A stretch of 64,000 nt of DNA from Macrostomum lignano (Eukaryota): positions 314,173-378,172 of the forward strand of contig NIVC01000405.1 of the NCBI GenBank assembly GCA_002269645.1, in the 5' to 3' direction. Positions 26,051 to 37,610 of the stretch are shown here, in pieces (position 1 is the stretch's first letter; each line of letters starts with the position of its first letter). The position numbers and the translations under genes were made by a program. The notes beneath the pieces are model-generated. The model made no database searches. It saw only the letters and a program-made list of their open reading frames with translations, and was not told the DNA's origin.

Positions 26051-26623
26051 TCATTCGCCGCGCCAGCTGAAAAGCCGCCAGCTGACGAGCCGCAGTGCGA
26101 TCGGATTATCTACACAGAAGATTGCGTTGATCCATTTGCTAAGCATATGCGAAGGCAAGCGTCTGAGCCGGCCAGTAGTTCAATAGATTTGCAGACATCG
26201 TCATCTTCCATTGCCTCCTCGGCCGCTGCCACCGCTACCACAACGTCAACATCGGCTAAGAAACGTTGGCTATCCAAAGCTATTAGAGATTATAGCGAGG
26301 AGGCTGGGGTATCTTCATCTGTCAATAATAATACAAATAATCTGAGCTTATCTCCGACCATGCCGCCGCCGCCGCCTCCTCCGCCGACGCAGCCGCCTGC
26401 ATTGACTTCGCCCGAAGAGATGCCGTTGAAAAAGCGACTAAGGGCTGTCCATTCTTGCGAAGAAGCTTCATCAGTGCCAGCCGCGGAATCGAATCAAGTT
26501 CAAGCGCAGTCGGTTGTACTTTCACCCACATCTAGCGCCAATCAGTTTTTAGCGTCAAGTAGTTTTGTTGACAATCAAACTGATTTGCAACTGTCAACTG
26601 GGGACAAGTCAACGGTTGCTATG
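26051..26623 (+). CDS. KMT2E: KMT2E-family exon 6
   Basis: ACAG acceptor at 26050, GTAAGT donor at 26624, phase 0; contains AKKRWLSKA and PLKKRL motifs. Confidence 0.8.
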
Positions 26624-26769
26624 GTAAGTTCTGCGGTATGGTAGTGAGTCGCATGACAACCCCCTAGTCCAGCTTCTCAGGCTCACAGGTTCACATACCG
26701 CATTCTGTTGTACATCAGGTGTTCCGATGTACATCCACTGTCGTAGCCCCTCTCTCACACACACTAAAT

Positions 26770-26991
26770 AAGCCGATGCTTAGAGCTAGGCGAAGCATCC
26801 GGATGCAGCGAGGAGGCGTTGCCCCCCCCCCATTTTGCTAACCCCTAGCGACCACGGGCTGCTAATCCGGTGGTGCTGGTGTCCGCAGCGCGGTCCACCT
26901 CCGGAGAGTCCAGGAGGTGGATGGTCGCTCGCCCGGTAGCCCTTAGGTAGCGGACGAGCTGGCAGAGATTCTCGGGCCTGAGGCGAAGCAT
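26770..26991 (-). mobile_element. 3' end remnant of an RNase H-type non-LTR retrotransposon (I/Loa/R1 group)
   Basis: Minus translation LRPENLCQLVRYLRATGRATIH...; shares motifs (GGATGCAGCGA, AATCCGGTGGTGC, ATGGTCGCTCGCCC, AGAGATTCTC) with the longer remnant at 52155-52810. Confidence 0.55.
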
Positions 26992-27125
26992 GTCGTATTA
27001 TTAATTAATATATAATTATAACATAAAAGACATATAATTAATGTCTTTTTGTCATTGCCGCCAATAATCTCAAAAGCGACTTCTACTACAATGTACATAA
27101 CTGGGGACATCATTAATTATTTTAG

Positions 27126-28359
27126 GACGAGAAGACCGACTCGTCTGCTCCGATTGTTGATGACCAGCCAGCGGATGTTTCTGCGGGCCAGCAGCAGCCG
27201 CCGCCGCAGCCGCCATCGCCGCCGCCACCTCCGCCAATGCCTTCGTTGCCGCCTCCGCTGCCGCCGTTGCCGCCACTGCCTGCTCTGGCTTCGCCTGGCA
27301 GCCTGCCGCCGCCGTCCTCCTTGCTGCAGTCACCGCCGCTGCCTCTGCCGACACAGCCGCCGTTGCTGCCGCCGCCGCCTTCGCAGCCGACTTCGCTACA
27401 GCTGACTGACGAAGCTGGCGAAGGTTCAGACGGTCAGCCAATCAGCGTAGGCGGAGGCCAACCTCGAACGCCTTGCAGTTCACCGCCTCCAGCTGTTGAT
27501 CCCGCTGCTACTGCTACTACTGCTGCATATAATAAAGCAGTAGATAATGCAAACGAATCCGAAACTAAAGTTAATAATAGTGCAAATCTAACTAGCTGCG
27601 ATAAGGAGGAGCAGCTATATGAAACCGAAGTATTAGATGAAATCATTGACGAAGAAGACGAATATTACAACGTTGATGATCGCGACGATAATTCCTGGTC
27701 GGCCAATCGGCCGAAAACGCCGGACACGGAGCCGCCCGACGATGAGGACCAATCGGCGGCAGCTGCCGAAGTCGAAGCCGCCAGCGCGTCGTCTGTTAAC
27801 GCTGAAGACACGGTTAGAGAGATATTGAAACGCGATCAAGAGATTCGCGATATGCAAGAACTAGCGGCTTTGGAGCGTCGGAAAACCAAGCTGATGTATC
27901 AGCTCAGGTATGTCGAACGGCAGAAGAAGCCGACGCGACATCACAGCGGCAGCGGCGGCAGCGGCGAGGCCGCCTCGAGTTCAACAAGTCGACGAGTGCA
28001 AGTTGTGCAACCGCTGCAGCAGCAGCAGCAACAGCAACAGTTGGCAAAGCAAAAGCAACAACTGCCCTCCTCTTCTGCTGCTGCTGCTTCGGCGGCTGCT
28101 TCCACTACTCGAGCTAAGCAGCCTCCGTCAAATTTAGGCGACCTTCAGCAGATGCTAATGAACACAATTAACAAGTTAAACGAGCAGCTGCACGCTGTCG
28201 TTGCTAGCGGAAGCGGTGCGACCGCTTCGAGTCGGTCTGCTTCTTCCGGTGCCGCTTCGTCTGGCACTGCTAATGCTGCTGTTGCTGCTGCTTCGAATGC
28301 TCCGTCTACTAGCGAGGCTGAGAAGCCTACTGGAAGTGGCGCAGCTCAAAAATCTACTG
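27126..28359 (+). CDS. KMT2E: KMT2E-family exon 7 (Pro/Ala/Ser/Gln-rich, coiled-coil segment)
   Basis: TAG acceptor at 27125 in frame with the 27237 ORF; GTGGGT donor at 28360 (phase 1). Confidence 0.78.
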
Positions 28360-28444
28360 GTGGGTTCAGTTTAAACTATTTTTTTACCATGACTGTCTCG
28401 ATTTACCAAAACCCGCAGCTTAAGCTCAGGCCAGTTGGTCAGTT

Positions 28445-28990
28445 GTTTGGCCAGCCTCCCAGATCCTCAGTTGCTGGGCTACCATCCTCCCAGATCCTCA
28501 GTTGCTGGGCTACCAGCCTTCCAGATCCTCAGTTGCTGGGCTACCAGCCTCCCAGATCCTCAGTTGCTGGGCTACCAGCCTCCCAGATCCTCAGTTGCTG
28601 GTCCAGCCTCCCAGATCCTCAGTTGCTGGTCCAGCCTCCCAGATCCTCAGTTGCTGGTCCAGCCTCCCAGATCCTCAGTTGCTGGTCCAGCCTCCCAGAT
28701 CCTCAGTTGCTGGTCCAGCCTCCCAGATCCTCAGTTGCTGGTCCAGCCTCCCAGATCCTCAGTTGCTGGTCCAGCCTCCCAGATCCTCAGTTGCTGGTCC
28801 AGCCTCCCAGATCCTCAGTTGCTGGTCCAGCCTCCCAGATCCTCAGTTGCTGGTCCAGCCTCCCAGATCCTCAGTTGCTGGTCCAGCCTCCCAGATCCTC
28901 AGTTGCTGGTCCAGCCTCCCAGATCCTCAGTTGCTGGTCCAGCCTCCCAGATCCTCAGTTGCTGGTCCAGCCTCCCAGATCCTCAGTTGC
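28445..28990. repeat. Intronic minisatellite, 28 bp CCAGCCTCCCAGATCCTCAGTTGCTGGT, about 19 copies
   Basis: Direct periodicity; the same unit recurs at 32205-32585. Confidence 0.95.
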
Positions 28991-29061
28991 GGGGCCACCG
29001 CCGCCACCCTTTCAGACCCTATCGTATCTAACCAACAAGACATTCCTCTATCCATTTCCAG

Positions 29062-29156
29062 GCTGTCAGTCGCACAGCAAAGACTTCCCAGTTCGCGGCT
29101 ATTCAGGCATCGGTCGCGACGAAACGAAGGCTCGACCTCGTATGCCGCCGCAGTGA
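29062..29156 (+). CDS. KMT2E: KMT2E-family probable last coding exon
   Basis: CTAAC branch-like motif and TTTCCAG acceptor; phase 1 join gives GCQSHSKDF...PPQ-stop; AATAAA at 29229-29234. Confidence 0.55.
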
Positions 29157-29879
29157 GCGAAATCCCTGTGCGTCATTGCCTGCCTGCCCGTAATTGTGAA
29201 GCCATTATTGTTCCGAGTATGTAGAGTAAATAAAATACTATTTGCGTTTTTACTGTGCTGCTTATGGTTAAAACATGACTCCGCGGTAGCGCTTGAATGA
29301 AGCATACGCCTCGCCTGTACAATGTACATTCTGGTTTTGATCCTCTGTCCCTCCGTCTCATACTACTGTTTATTTTGCGTGAAACTCTACATGTACAGTT
29401 ATATACATTATATAATTAATTCTCTTGAATCATTCTCCATAACAAACTTCATTAATTAGCATTAACTATGAGTGAATCCCGTGTACCAGATGTACGTATA
29501 AATTCAATAAATTTCTTTACACATTTGCTAGGATGCACAGTAAATAGGGGCAGCTATGCGAGCGGTTTATTTTCAACAATTGTATAATTGGTATGCAATT
29601 AATAGATAAATTTTATAGTAAGGATATTAATCGGTTAAACCAAACCAGCTGTTTCTAAAAGGGAATTTTTTTGTTTCTGTTGCGAACTTAACATATTTAT
29701 TATGATTATATTTATGAACTTACCACCCGTAACTCCCTGCTTTGTAATTACTTAATTAATTAAATAAACTAATTCTAAAATGTAATCTGTTTCCTTATTT
29801 GTAAATTGTCCTCATTTGTCCTCATCCTGTGCTTTCTTTTTGCATTTTTATACATCTGCTTAGCTAGTTTTATCTTATT

Positions 29880-30298
29880 CAGTGTCTATCTGTCTACTGG
29901 TTATATCTCTCACCAGTGTCTATCTGTCTACTGGTTATATCTCTCACCCAGTGTCTATCTGTCTACTGGTTATATCTCTCACCCAGCGCCTATCTCTACT
30001 GGTTATATCTCTCACCCAGTGCCTATCTCTACTGGTTATATCTCTCACCCAGTGCCTATCTCTACTGGTTATATCTCTCACCAGTGCCTATCTCTACTGG
30101 TTATATCTCTCACCCAGTGCCTATCTCTACTGGGTATATCTCTCACCAACGCCTCTGTCTCTACTGGTTATATCTCTCACCCAGTGTCTATCTTTACTGG
30201 TTATATCTCTCACCCGGTGTCTATCTTTACTGGTTATATCTCTCACCCGGTGTCTATCTTTACTGGTTATATCTCTCACCCAGTGTCTATCTTTACTA
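29880..30298. repeat. Minisatellite, 33 bp CTACTGGTTATATCTCTCACCCAGTGCCTATCT, about 13 copies
   Basis: Direct periodicity. Confidence 0.9.
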
Positions 30299-30486
30299 CG
30301 ATGTCTTTAGGACTGTATGTAGTTTCTTTTCAATGTTTTTTTAACTAACTACTCAAGGTTGTATATATATATTTGTGGAGTGCAGTGCAGTGCACAGTTG
30401 AGACTCTTGATAGGTCATTGCTCAGCCACTCCCCTCCCACTCATCCGACTCATTCATCGGTCTATTTGACGCGAGTCAGCCCTTCC

Positions 30487-30510
30487 ATGGCATTTCTCTT
30501 ACCCAATTTC
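30487..30510 (+). CDS. Possible first coding micro-exon (MAFLLPNF) of MAPEG paralog A
   Basis: ATG with a GTAGGG donor at 30511, phase-compatible with the acceptor at 30766. An internal ATG at 30776 is an alternative start. Confidence 0.35.
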
Positions 30511-30766
30511 GTAGGGTTATAGCTAATTCCATTGGCTAGTGGGCTCACTTTTATCTCCTCTCGGTTCTCTGAAGCTTCTTGTCATCTGCGTTCTTTTTAT
30601 TCTTTCGAAAGCAGCCTTTCATTTGCACGTACGAGCTACGTTTCTCTGAAAAAAGGGTGTGTCAGTTTATCAATTCAACGTAAACTATTTGTCGTTCATA
30701 CTAATGTGATTAAATTTACTATAACTAGGAGCGTATTATTTTAATTTTCATATCTACATGTCTTAG

Positions 30767-30873
30767 CCTGATGCAATGATTGGCCTACCGCGGCACTACG
30801 GCTGCGTGATTGCAGTTGGTAGCGCTGGTGTCCTGGTTAATATTGGACTGGCAGCTGCTGTTGTTGCCGCTAG
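30767..30873 (+). CDS. MAPEG (MGST3-like) paralog A, exon encoding TM1
   Basis: PDAMIGLPRHYGCVIAVGSAGVLVNIGLAAAVVAAR aligns by eye with LPKDYGWVVLAGTGGFVVNMHLARQVGLAR of the neighbouring MGST3; GTGAGT donor at 30874. Confidence 0.75.
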
Positions 30874-30964
30874 GTGAGTATAGCTCACCTTTTTATTTGC
30901 ATTCACTTCTGGACATCCCTTAATTTTGGGTGGATACGCGTGTGCAGCTTTCTTCCAGACCTTT

Positions 30965-31700
30965 CCTTTGATTCCCAGATCCTCATGTTGACCTTTTTAT
31001 TGGTTCCCAGTTCCTCATAATGACCCTTCCATTGGTTCCCAGATTCTCATAATGACCTCATGTTTCATTGGTTCCCAGATCCTCATAATGACACATTGAT
31101 TCCCAGATCCTCATGTTAACTTTTTAATTGGTTCCCTGATCCTCATAATGACACATTGATTCCCAGATCCTCATGTTAACCTTTTAATTGGTTCCCTGAT
31201 CCTCATAATGACCCGTTGATTCCCAGATCCTCATAATCACCCATTGATTCCCAGATCCTCATGTTGACCTCATGTTTCATTGGTTCCCAGATCCTCATAA
31301 TGACACATTGATTCCCAGATCCTCACGATAACCTTTTAATTGGTTCCCTGATCCTCATAATGACCCATTGATTCCCAGATCCTCATAATCACCCATTGAT
31401 TCCCAGATCCTCATGTTGACCTCATGTTTAATTGGTTCCCTGATCCTCATAATGACCCATTGATTCCCAGATCCTCATAATCACCCATTGATTCCCAGAT
31501 CCTCATAATCACCCATTGATTCCCAGATCCTCATGTTGACCTTTACATTGGTTCCCAGATCCTTAAAATGACCCATTGATTCCCAGATCCTCATGTTGAC
31601 CTTTACATTGGTTCCCAGATCCTTAAAATGACCCTTCCATTGGTTCCCAGATCCTTTTGTTGACCTTTCCATTGGTCCCCAGAATCCCGGACCCTCATGT
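30965..31700. repeat. Intronic minisatellite, mixed 28/32 bp units with core TTCCCAGATCCTCAT
   Basis: Direct periodicity. Confidence 0.9.
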
Positions 31701-31731
31701 TGACCTTATTAGTACTTTGCTTGCATTTCAG

Positions 31732-32104
31732 ACGCAGATACCAAATAAAATTTCCCAATATGCACCAGCTGGATGCTCCCGACTTCAACTGGGCTGTTCA
31801 GGTGCACCTGGACTATTCTAGCGAGGCGGAATTTTTCTATTTCACTTTGCTGACTGGCGGCCTCGACTCTCCGCGACTGGCTGCTTTGGCTGGGCTGGCA
31901 TTTCTACTGAGTCGGTCTGTTGCTAGGCAGCAGGTTGCTGCTCGTACCCGTACCGCACAGGCCGTTGGCAAGAGAGAACAAGTTTTTTCTCGAATTTTTT
32001 CAGCCGAGTTAGGCACTGGCGAATGGTCGCAGTTTAGCTGGATTGCATTTGGGATTATGCTGTATACTTCCTGCGCCTCTGCCGTGTCCCTGCTGCGCCA
32101 GTAA
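31732..32104 (+). CDS. MAPEG paralog A, last exon (divergent, GSH motif degenerate)
   Basis: TTTCAG acceptor; RRYQIKFPNMHQLDAPDFNWAVQVHLDYSSEAEFFYFTLLTGGLDSPRLAALAGLAFLLSR aligns with [62 protein letters not shown]. Confidence 0.8.
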
Positions 32105-32204
32105 CCACTTGCTTACTGCACGTCAAGCTGCACTTTTAGCTCGGCACCGTCTTTATAGATATCCATGGCTCAGTGTGTGGCATTATCTACGCCATGTGGA
32201 AGAT

Positions 32205-32585
32205 TCTCAGTTGCTGGGCCAGCCTCCCAGATCCTCAGTTGCTGAGCCAGCCTCCCAGATCCTCAGTTGCTAGGCCAGCCTCCCAGATCCTCAGTTGCTG
32301 GCCCACCCTCCCAGATCCTCAGTTGCTGGCCCAGCCTCCCAGATCCTCAGTTGCTGATCCAGCCTCCCAAATCCTCAGTTGCTGATCCAGCCTCCCAGAT
32401 CCTCAGTTGCTGATCCAGCCTCCCAGATCCTCAGTTGCTGATCCAGCCTCCCAGATCCTCAGTTGCTGGTCCAGCCTCCCAGATCCTCAGTTGCTGGTCC
32501 AGCCTCCCAGATCCTCAGTTGCTGGTCCAGCCTCCCAGATCCTCAGTTGCTGGTCCAGCCTCCCAGATCCTCAGTTGCTGGGCCA
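32205..32585. repeat. Second array of the 28 bp CCAGCCTCCCAGATCCTCAGTTGCTG(G/A)T unit, about 13 copies
   Basis: Same unit as 28445-28990. Confidence 0.93.
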
Positions 32586-33149
32586 GCGCGTGCCACACTT
32601 TGATAGCCTCCAAAAATTTTCATGCAGGCAATGCTTCTCAAATGACCGAAATATTACTAAGTCATCATACGGGTTGTAGCCTAGATTACAAGAACTGAGC
32701 TCAGTAAAACAATGTTTTTTGACGGATGCTTTGTTTAGCTAGTTTTTTAAATGAAAACTACGTAGTCTTGAAGTTTTTGCACAAACCAAAAATTCTAGTC
32801 ATTAATTTGCTAATTTCACTTTTCTGATGCCCAAATCCGTATTCGTAATTTGCTACTGCGTTACGGTGTCTTTAGTAGTATTACCAGATTTTAAACTGAA
32901 GTTGTTTTTAAACGAGCTTGAGTATTAATTGTTAAGTCATCATTATTGCTGTTGTTAATCAGACTAAAATTCTTGTTAAAATTTTATCTTTCTACCAAGC
33001 ATTTTTACTATGTCTATTGTGATTTCTTGCCTATTTAACTTTCACTACCTTTGGTACTTTCAGCTTTTTCATAGGCTGAACATATAATTATCCATACCTC
33101 ACTCATTGCCCCTATCCCACTCACAGAATCGCCCCAATTTCACTCATGA

Positions 33150-34500
33150 AATCGCTTCTACCACTAAGAATCCCTCCTCCCCACTCATAGAATCACCCCT
33201 TAGCCACCCATAGAATCGCCATACACCACCCATAGAATCGCCATACACCACCCATAGAATCGCCATACACCACCCATAGAATCGCCATACACCACCCATA
33301 GAATCGCCATACACCACCCATAGAATCGCCTCAAACCACCCATAGAATCGCCATGAACAGCTCATAGAATCGCCTCAAACCACCAATAGAATCGCCTCAA
33401 ACCACCTATAGAATCGCCATGAACAGCTCATAGAATCGCCTCAAACCACCTATAGAATCGCCATGAACAGCTCATAGAATCGCCTCAAACCACCCATAGA
33501 ATCGCCATGAACAGCTCATAGAATCGCCTCAAACCACCTATAGAATCGGCTCAAACCACCCATAGAATCACCATAAACCACCCATAGAATCGCCATGAAC
33601 AGCTCATAGAATCGCCTCAAACCACCTATAGAATCGCCATGAACAGCTCATAGAATCGCCTCAAACCACCCATAGAATCGCCATGAACAGCTCATAGAAT
33701 CGCCTCAAACCACCTATAGAATCGCCATGAACAGCTCATAGAATCGCCTCAAACCACCTATAGAATCGCCATGAACAGCTCATAGAATCGCCTCAAACCA
33801 CCCATAGAATCGCCATGAACAGCTCATTGAATCGCCTCAAACCACCTATAGAATCGCCATGAACAGCTCATAGAATCGCCTCAAACCACCTATAGAATCG
33901 CCATGAACAGCTCATAGAATCGCCTCAAACCACCCATAGAATCGCCATGAACAGCTCATAGAATCGCCTCAAACCACCTATAGAATCGCCATGAACAGCT
34001 CATAGAATCGCCTCAAACCACCTATAGAATCGCCATGAACAGCTCATAGAATCGCCTCAAACCACCCATAGAATCGCCATGAACAGCTCATAGAATCGCC
34101 TCAAACCACCTATAGAATCGGCTCAAACCACCCATAGAATCGCCATAAACCACCCATAGAATCGTCATAAACAGCCCATAGAATAGCCATAAACCACCTA
34201 TAGAATCGCCATAAACCACCCATAGAATCGCCTCAAACCACCTATAGAATCGTCATAAACCGCCCATAGAATCGCCATGAACAGCTCATAAAATCGCCTC
34301 AAACCACCTACAGAATCGCCATAAACCACCCATAGAATCGTCATAAACAGCCCATAGAATCGCCATAAACCACCTATAGAATCGCTATAAACAGCCCATA
34401 GAATCGTCATAAACAGCCCATAGAATAGCCATAAACCACCTATAGAATCGCTATAAACAGCCCATAGAATCGCCGTAAACAGCCCATAGAACCGCCATAA
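33150..34500. repeat. Minisatellite, 22 bp monomers (ATAGAATCGCC core), about 60 copies, with a 44 bp dimer in the centre
   Basis: ATAGAATCGCCATGAACAGCTC alternates with ATAGAATCGCCTCAAACCACC(T/C). Confidence 0.93.
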
Positions 34501-34536
34501 CCAAAATTCGCACATTGCAGCCAATCTAAATTCGCC

Positions 34537-34812
34537 ATGCGCTTCCTGGACGCAATCAACGCGGTGAACCCGCATCTGCAGAACGGCCTGCCCAAAGACT
34601 ATGGCTGGGTTGTGCTAGCCGGCACGGGCGGCTTCGTTGTGAACATGCACCTGGCTAGGCAGGTCGGTCTGGCTAGGAAAAAGTTCGGCGTCGAATATCC
34701 CACAATGTATAGCGACAGTTCTAAGGAGTTCAACTGCGTGCAACGATCGCACCAGAACTATTTGGAGAACGCGCCTTTCTTCTACTTCCTGCTGGCTTTC
34801 GGCGGCCTGCAG
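34537..34812 (+). CDS. MGST3: Microsomal glutathione S-transferase 3, exon 1
   Basis: ARKKFGVEYPTMY...FNCVQRSHQNYLE is the MAPEG/MGST3 motif; GTAAAT donor at 34813. Confidence 0.92.
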
Positions 34813-34909
34813 GTAAATTGTGTACCAATTTTCACCTTGATATGTAATTAACTAGCCATGACAGTAAGGTGTTCTGCTACACTGTCCTCGTGCTCGTCTT
34901 TAGTGTCCA

Positions 34910-35120
34910 CCTCAGCATTAGTGTGTCCACCTCAGGATTAGTGTGTCCACCTCAGGATTAGTGTGTCCACCACAGGATTAGTGTGTCCAACTCAGCATTA
35001 GTGTGTCCAACTCAGCATTAGTGTGTACACCTCAGGATTAGTGTGTCCACTTCAGCATTAGTGTGTCCACTTCAGCATTAGTGTGTCCACCTCAGGATTA
35101 GTGTGTCCACTTCAGCATTA
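34910..35120. repeat. Intronic minisatellite, 20 bp CACCTCAGGATTAGTGTGTC, about 10 copies
   Basis: Direct periodicity. Confidence 0.9.
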
Positions 35121-35307
35121 GTGTGTCCCTCTCAGAATTCAATTAGGTATCAATTGGTCGTGCAATTCGCGCTTAATCAGAGCCCAAACGGCCAAGGCAC
35201 AGAGAGTGTACATATCTGAAGATGAGAAAGTCAGGGCGCCTTGAGCTATAAACTTTTAGCTGTTAATAAATTAATAAAACTACTGTATGTATAACCCACC
35301 GATGCAG

Positions 35308-35496
35308 GCCCCCCGCTGCTCGGCCGCCTGCGGCGCTCTCTACCTACTCGGTCGGATCGCGTACGCTCGCGGCTACTCAAGCGGCGATCCTAAGAAACGC
35401 ATGCGCGGCGCTTTCGGCTATATTGGCCTGCTGGGCCTCCTGATCAACACCCTGCTGCTTGGCGGCCGCATGATCCGGGCTGGCTGCGGTAAATGA
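35308..35496 (+). CDS. MGST3: Microsomal glutathione S-transferase 3, exon 2
   Basis: GCAG acceptor; [32 protein letters not shown] matches the MGST3 C-terminal half. Confidence 0.92.
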   Translation, partial: APRCSAACGALYLLGRIAYARGYSSGDPKKRMRGAFGYIGLLGLLINTLLLGGRMIRAGCGK

Positions 35497-37054
35497 GAGT
35501 TACCATTATAAATAGATCTTATTCATTCATCCATTCACGCTATCCAACTTTGAAATGGTTATCTCTGACTAATAGCAATTGGTTGTCAAGTGCTTAGAAA
35601 AATATAATCATTTATATGTAGATTTACAGCTGTAAAGAGAAGTGTGAATTCGCCATAGGATAACAGAAATTGTAGAATTAAACTGTTCCTTGCTAAAACA
35701 AAATACAGTTATGTGCGCAACAGCTTACTCTCTTGTTGCAAAATATAAACAGTAACCAAGTATTGAATTTTTTTAAGTGTCCTTTGTTTAAAAAATCATT
35801 TTTCCTACATTTCGTTATATAAATTCGCTACTTGGCTACTCTTTGTATTCGTCATACGAGTAGACTATAACGAAAATAACGTATTTTTGCAAGAAAGTTC
35901 AAATTTACATTCTGTTGTGTTCTGCGCTCCTGCGAAGCTGACTTGGGGTTTACAACACAGTAGAATTTCTGAATACCACCTGTTATCTACGCGCAACTTT
36001 AACAAATTTTATTTTTATTACAACTTCCTAGATTTAGTAAAACCTATCATTTTCACTGTCACTATCGGATCCAATAAAATAAATAAATAATCATACAGAC
36101 ACATGTCTGACAATTGACAAACCAACTGTGTTGAGTAAAAGAACTATATGTATAAAAGCGTTTGATTTCAATTTTTTACTTTTAATTTGCTTTTATTAAT
36201 ACACGCCTAGGGATGCTTTTTAAATCATGCTTTCAAAGAAAAATAATTGAATATTGCCAGTACTCGTATATTCCACAAGATTTACTGTCCAATCAATTCA
36301 GAGTGGTCGATAAATTACTCGTATTGGCTACTAGCTGTAGCAAATATTACACTATTGTGTAACAGCTAATTGAATACATCGAAAGGGCGAGTTTTTAGTA
36401 AGTACTAGTTACTCAATCCTGAATAAAAATTACGTTTATACGGTCCAGCTACAATCGAGTTAATTGCTGGACATATTGTGCTGAAATAATACGGTAATTT
36501 AATTGCACAATTAGTTGTGAAAGCTGAATAAAAAAACAATACTAGTAGCATATCGGATTGTAGCACAAATCACTTCGATTACGAGGATTTAAAATACGAG
36601 CTACGTCAGGGCACGTGAAAAATGGCAAACAAGCCAGTATGCAATAGGTTTTAATAAGTTGTACTGATCGAAATTATGTTAAATAAGATAATTAAGAGGG
36701 GATCAAAATAACTTTAAAACTTAATCCAATAAGATTAGGCTCTAGGCTAGGCTCTCCGTAGCATACATACTAGTCTATTAGGACACTCGTCTAGTGCTTG
36801 ACATTGTTTCGTATATAGTTATATAGTAACAAGTCTCCCATTTGAGAAGATCATGATTAAAAAAGAACGTTCAACCGTGAACTATTTCCAAGTTCATCTA
36901 ATTTCGATCATGCCATACTACGAGTAGCATAGGTTCTGATTTTGCTATATAAGACAGCGCAACTTTAGTTATACGAGCTATAGACTAGCAATCTAGTGCC
37001 CCCCTTCGGGGCGCCCAAAGCAAGGGACAAAAATTATGTGAATCATATTTGCCT

Positions 37055-37310
37055 TGACACCCCAGCAATTCCTCGCGTAATCCTTACCTTCTAAACAATT
37101 TTCCCAGTAAGCCTTTGACCTCTCAGCAATTCCTTGCGTAATCCTTAACTTCTTAACAACTTTCCCAGTAAGCCTTTGACCTCTCAGCAATTCCTCGCGT
37201 AATCCTTAACTTCTTAACATTTTCCCAGTAAGCCTTTGACCTCTCAGCAATTCCCCCGTAAGCCTTGAAATCTCAGCAATTCACCCCGTAAGCCTGATCG
37301 ACATATCAGC
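37055..37310. repeat. Short tandem array, about 59-60 bp unit (CCCAGTAAGCCTTTGACCTCTCAGCAATTCC...); related degenerate copies at about 10225-10320
   Basis: Direct periodicity; AAGCCTTGAAATC and GACATATCAG are shared with the 10.2-10.3 kb region. Confidence 0.7.
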
Positions 37311-37610
37311 AATTTCCCCTAGTAGCAAGCATCCCCCAATAGCAAGCATGCATGCCCCTGATTGCTAGCACCCCCCAAATAGTAACCACCCCCAGATAGC
37401 AATCTAGTGCAACTAATTCACTGGAAAATACATTAGAGACTTTAGAGTGATGCACGATTGTGAGTTGCGAAAAAGCTTTGTCAAAACATTCTGATCGACG
37501 TCGCAAGTTTTTTCGTTTTTTCTAAAATCAATAACATACCGACATAATTAAAAAAAATTTTTTTCTAAAATCAATAACATACCGACATAATTTAAAAAAA
37601 AATTTATAGT

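Noticed and set aside
26800-26822. GCCTCCTCGCTG on the minus strand resembling an HDV L3 loop
   Set aside because: P3 cannot pair and no P1/P2/P4 context; it lies in a LINE 3' remnant.
29806-30348. Three-frame ORFs of 142-180 aa
   Set aside because: Products of the 33 bp minisatellite.
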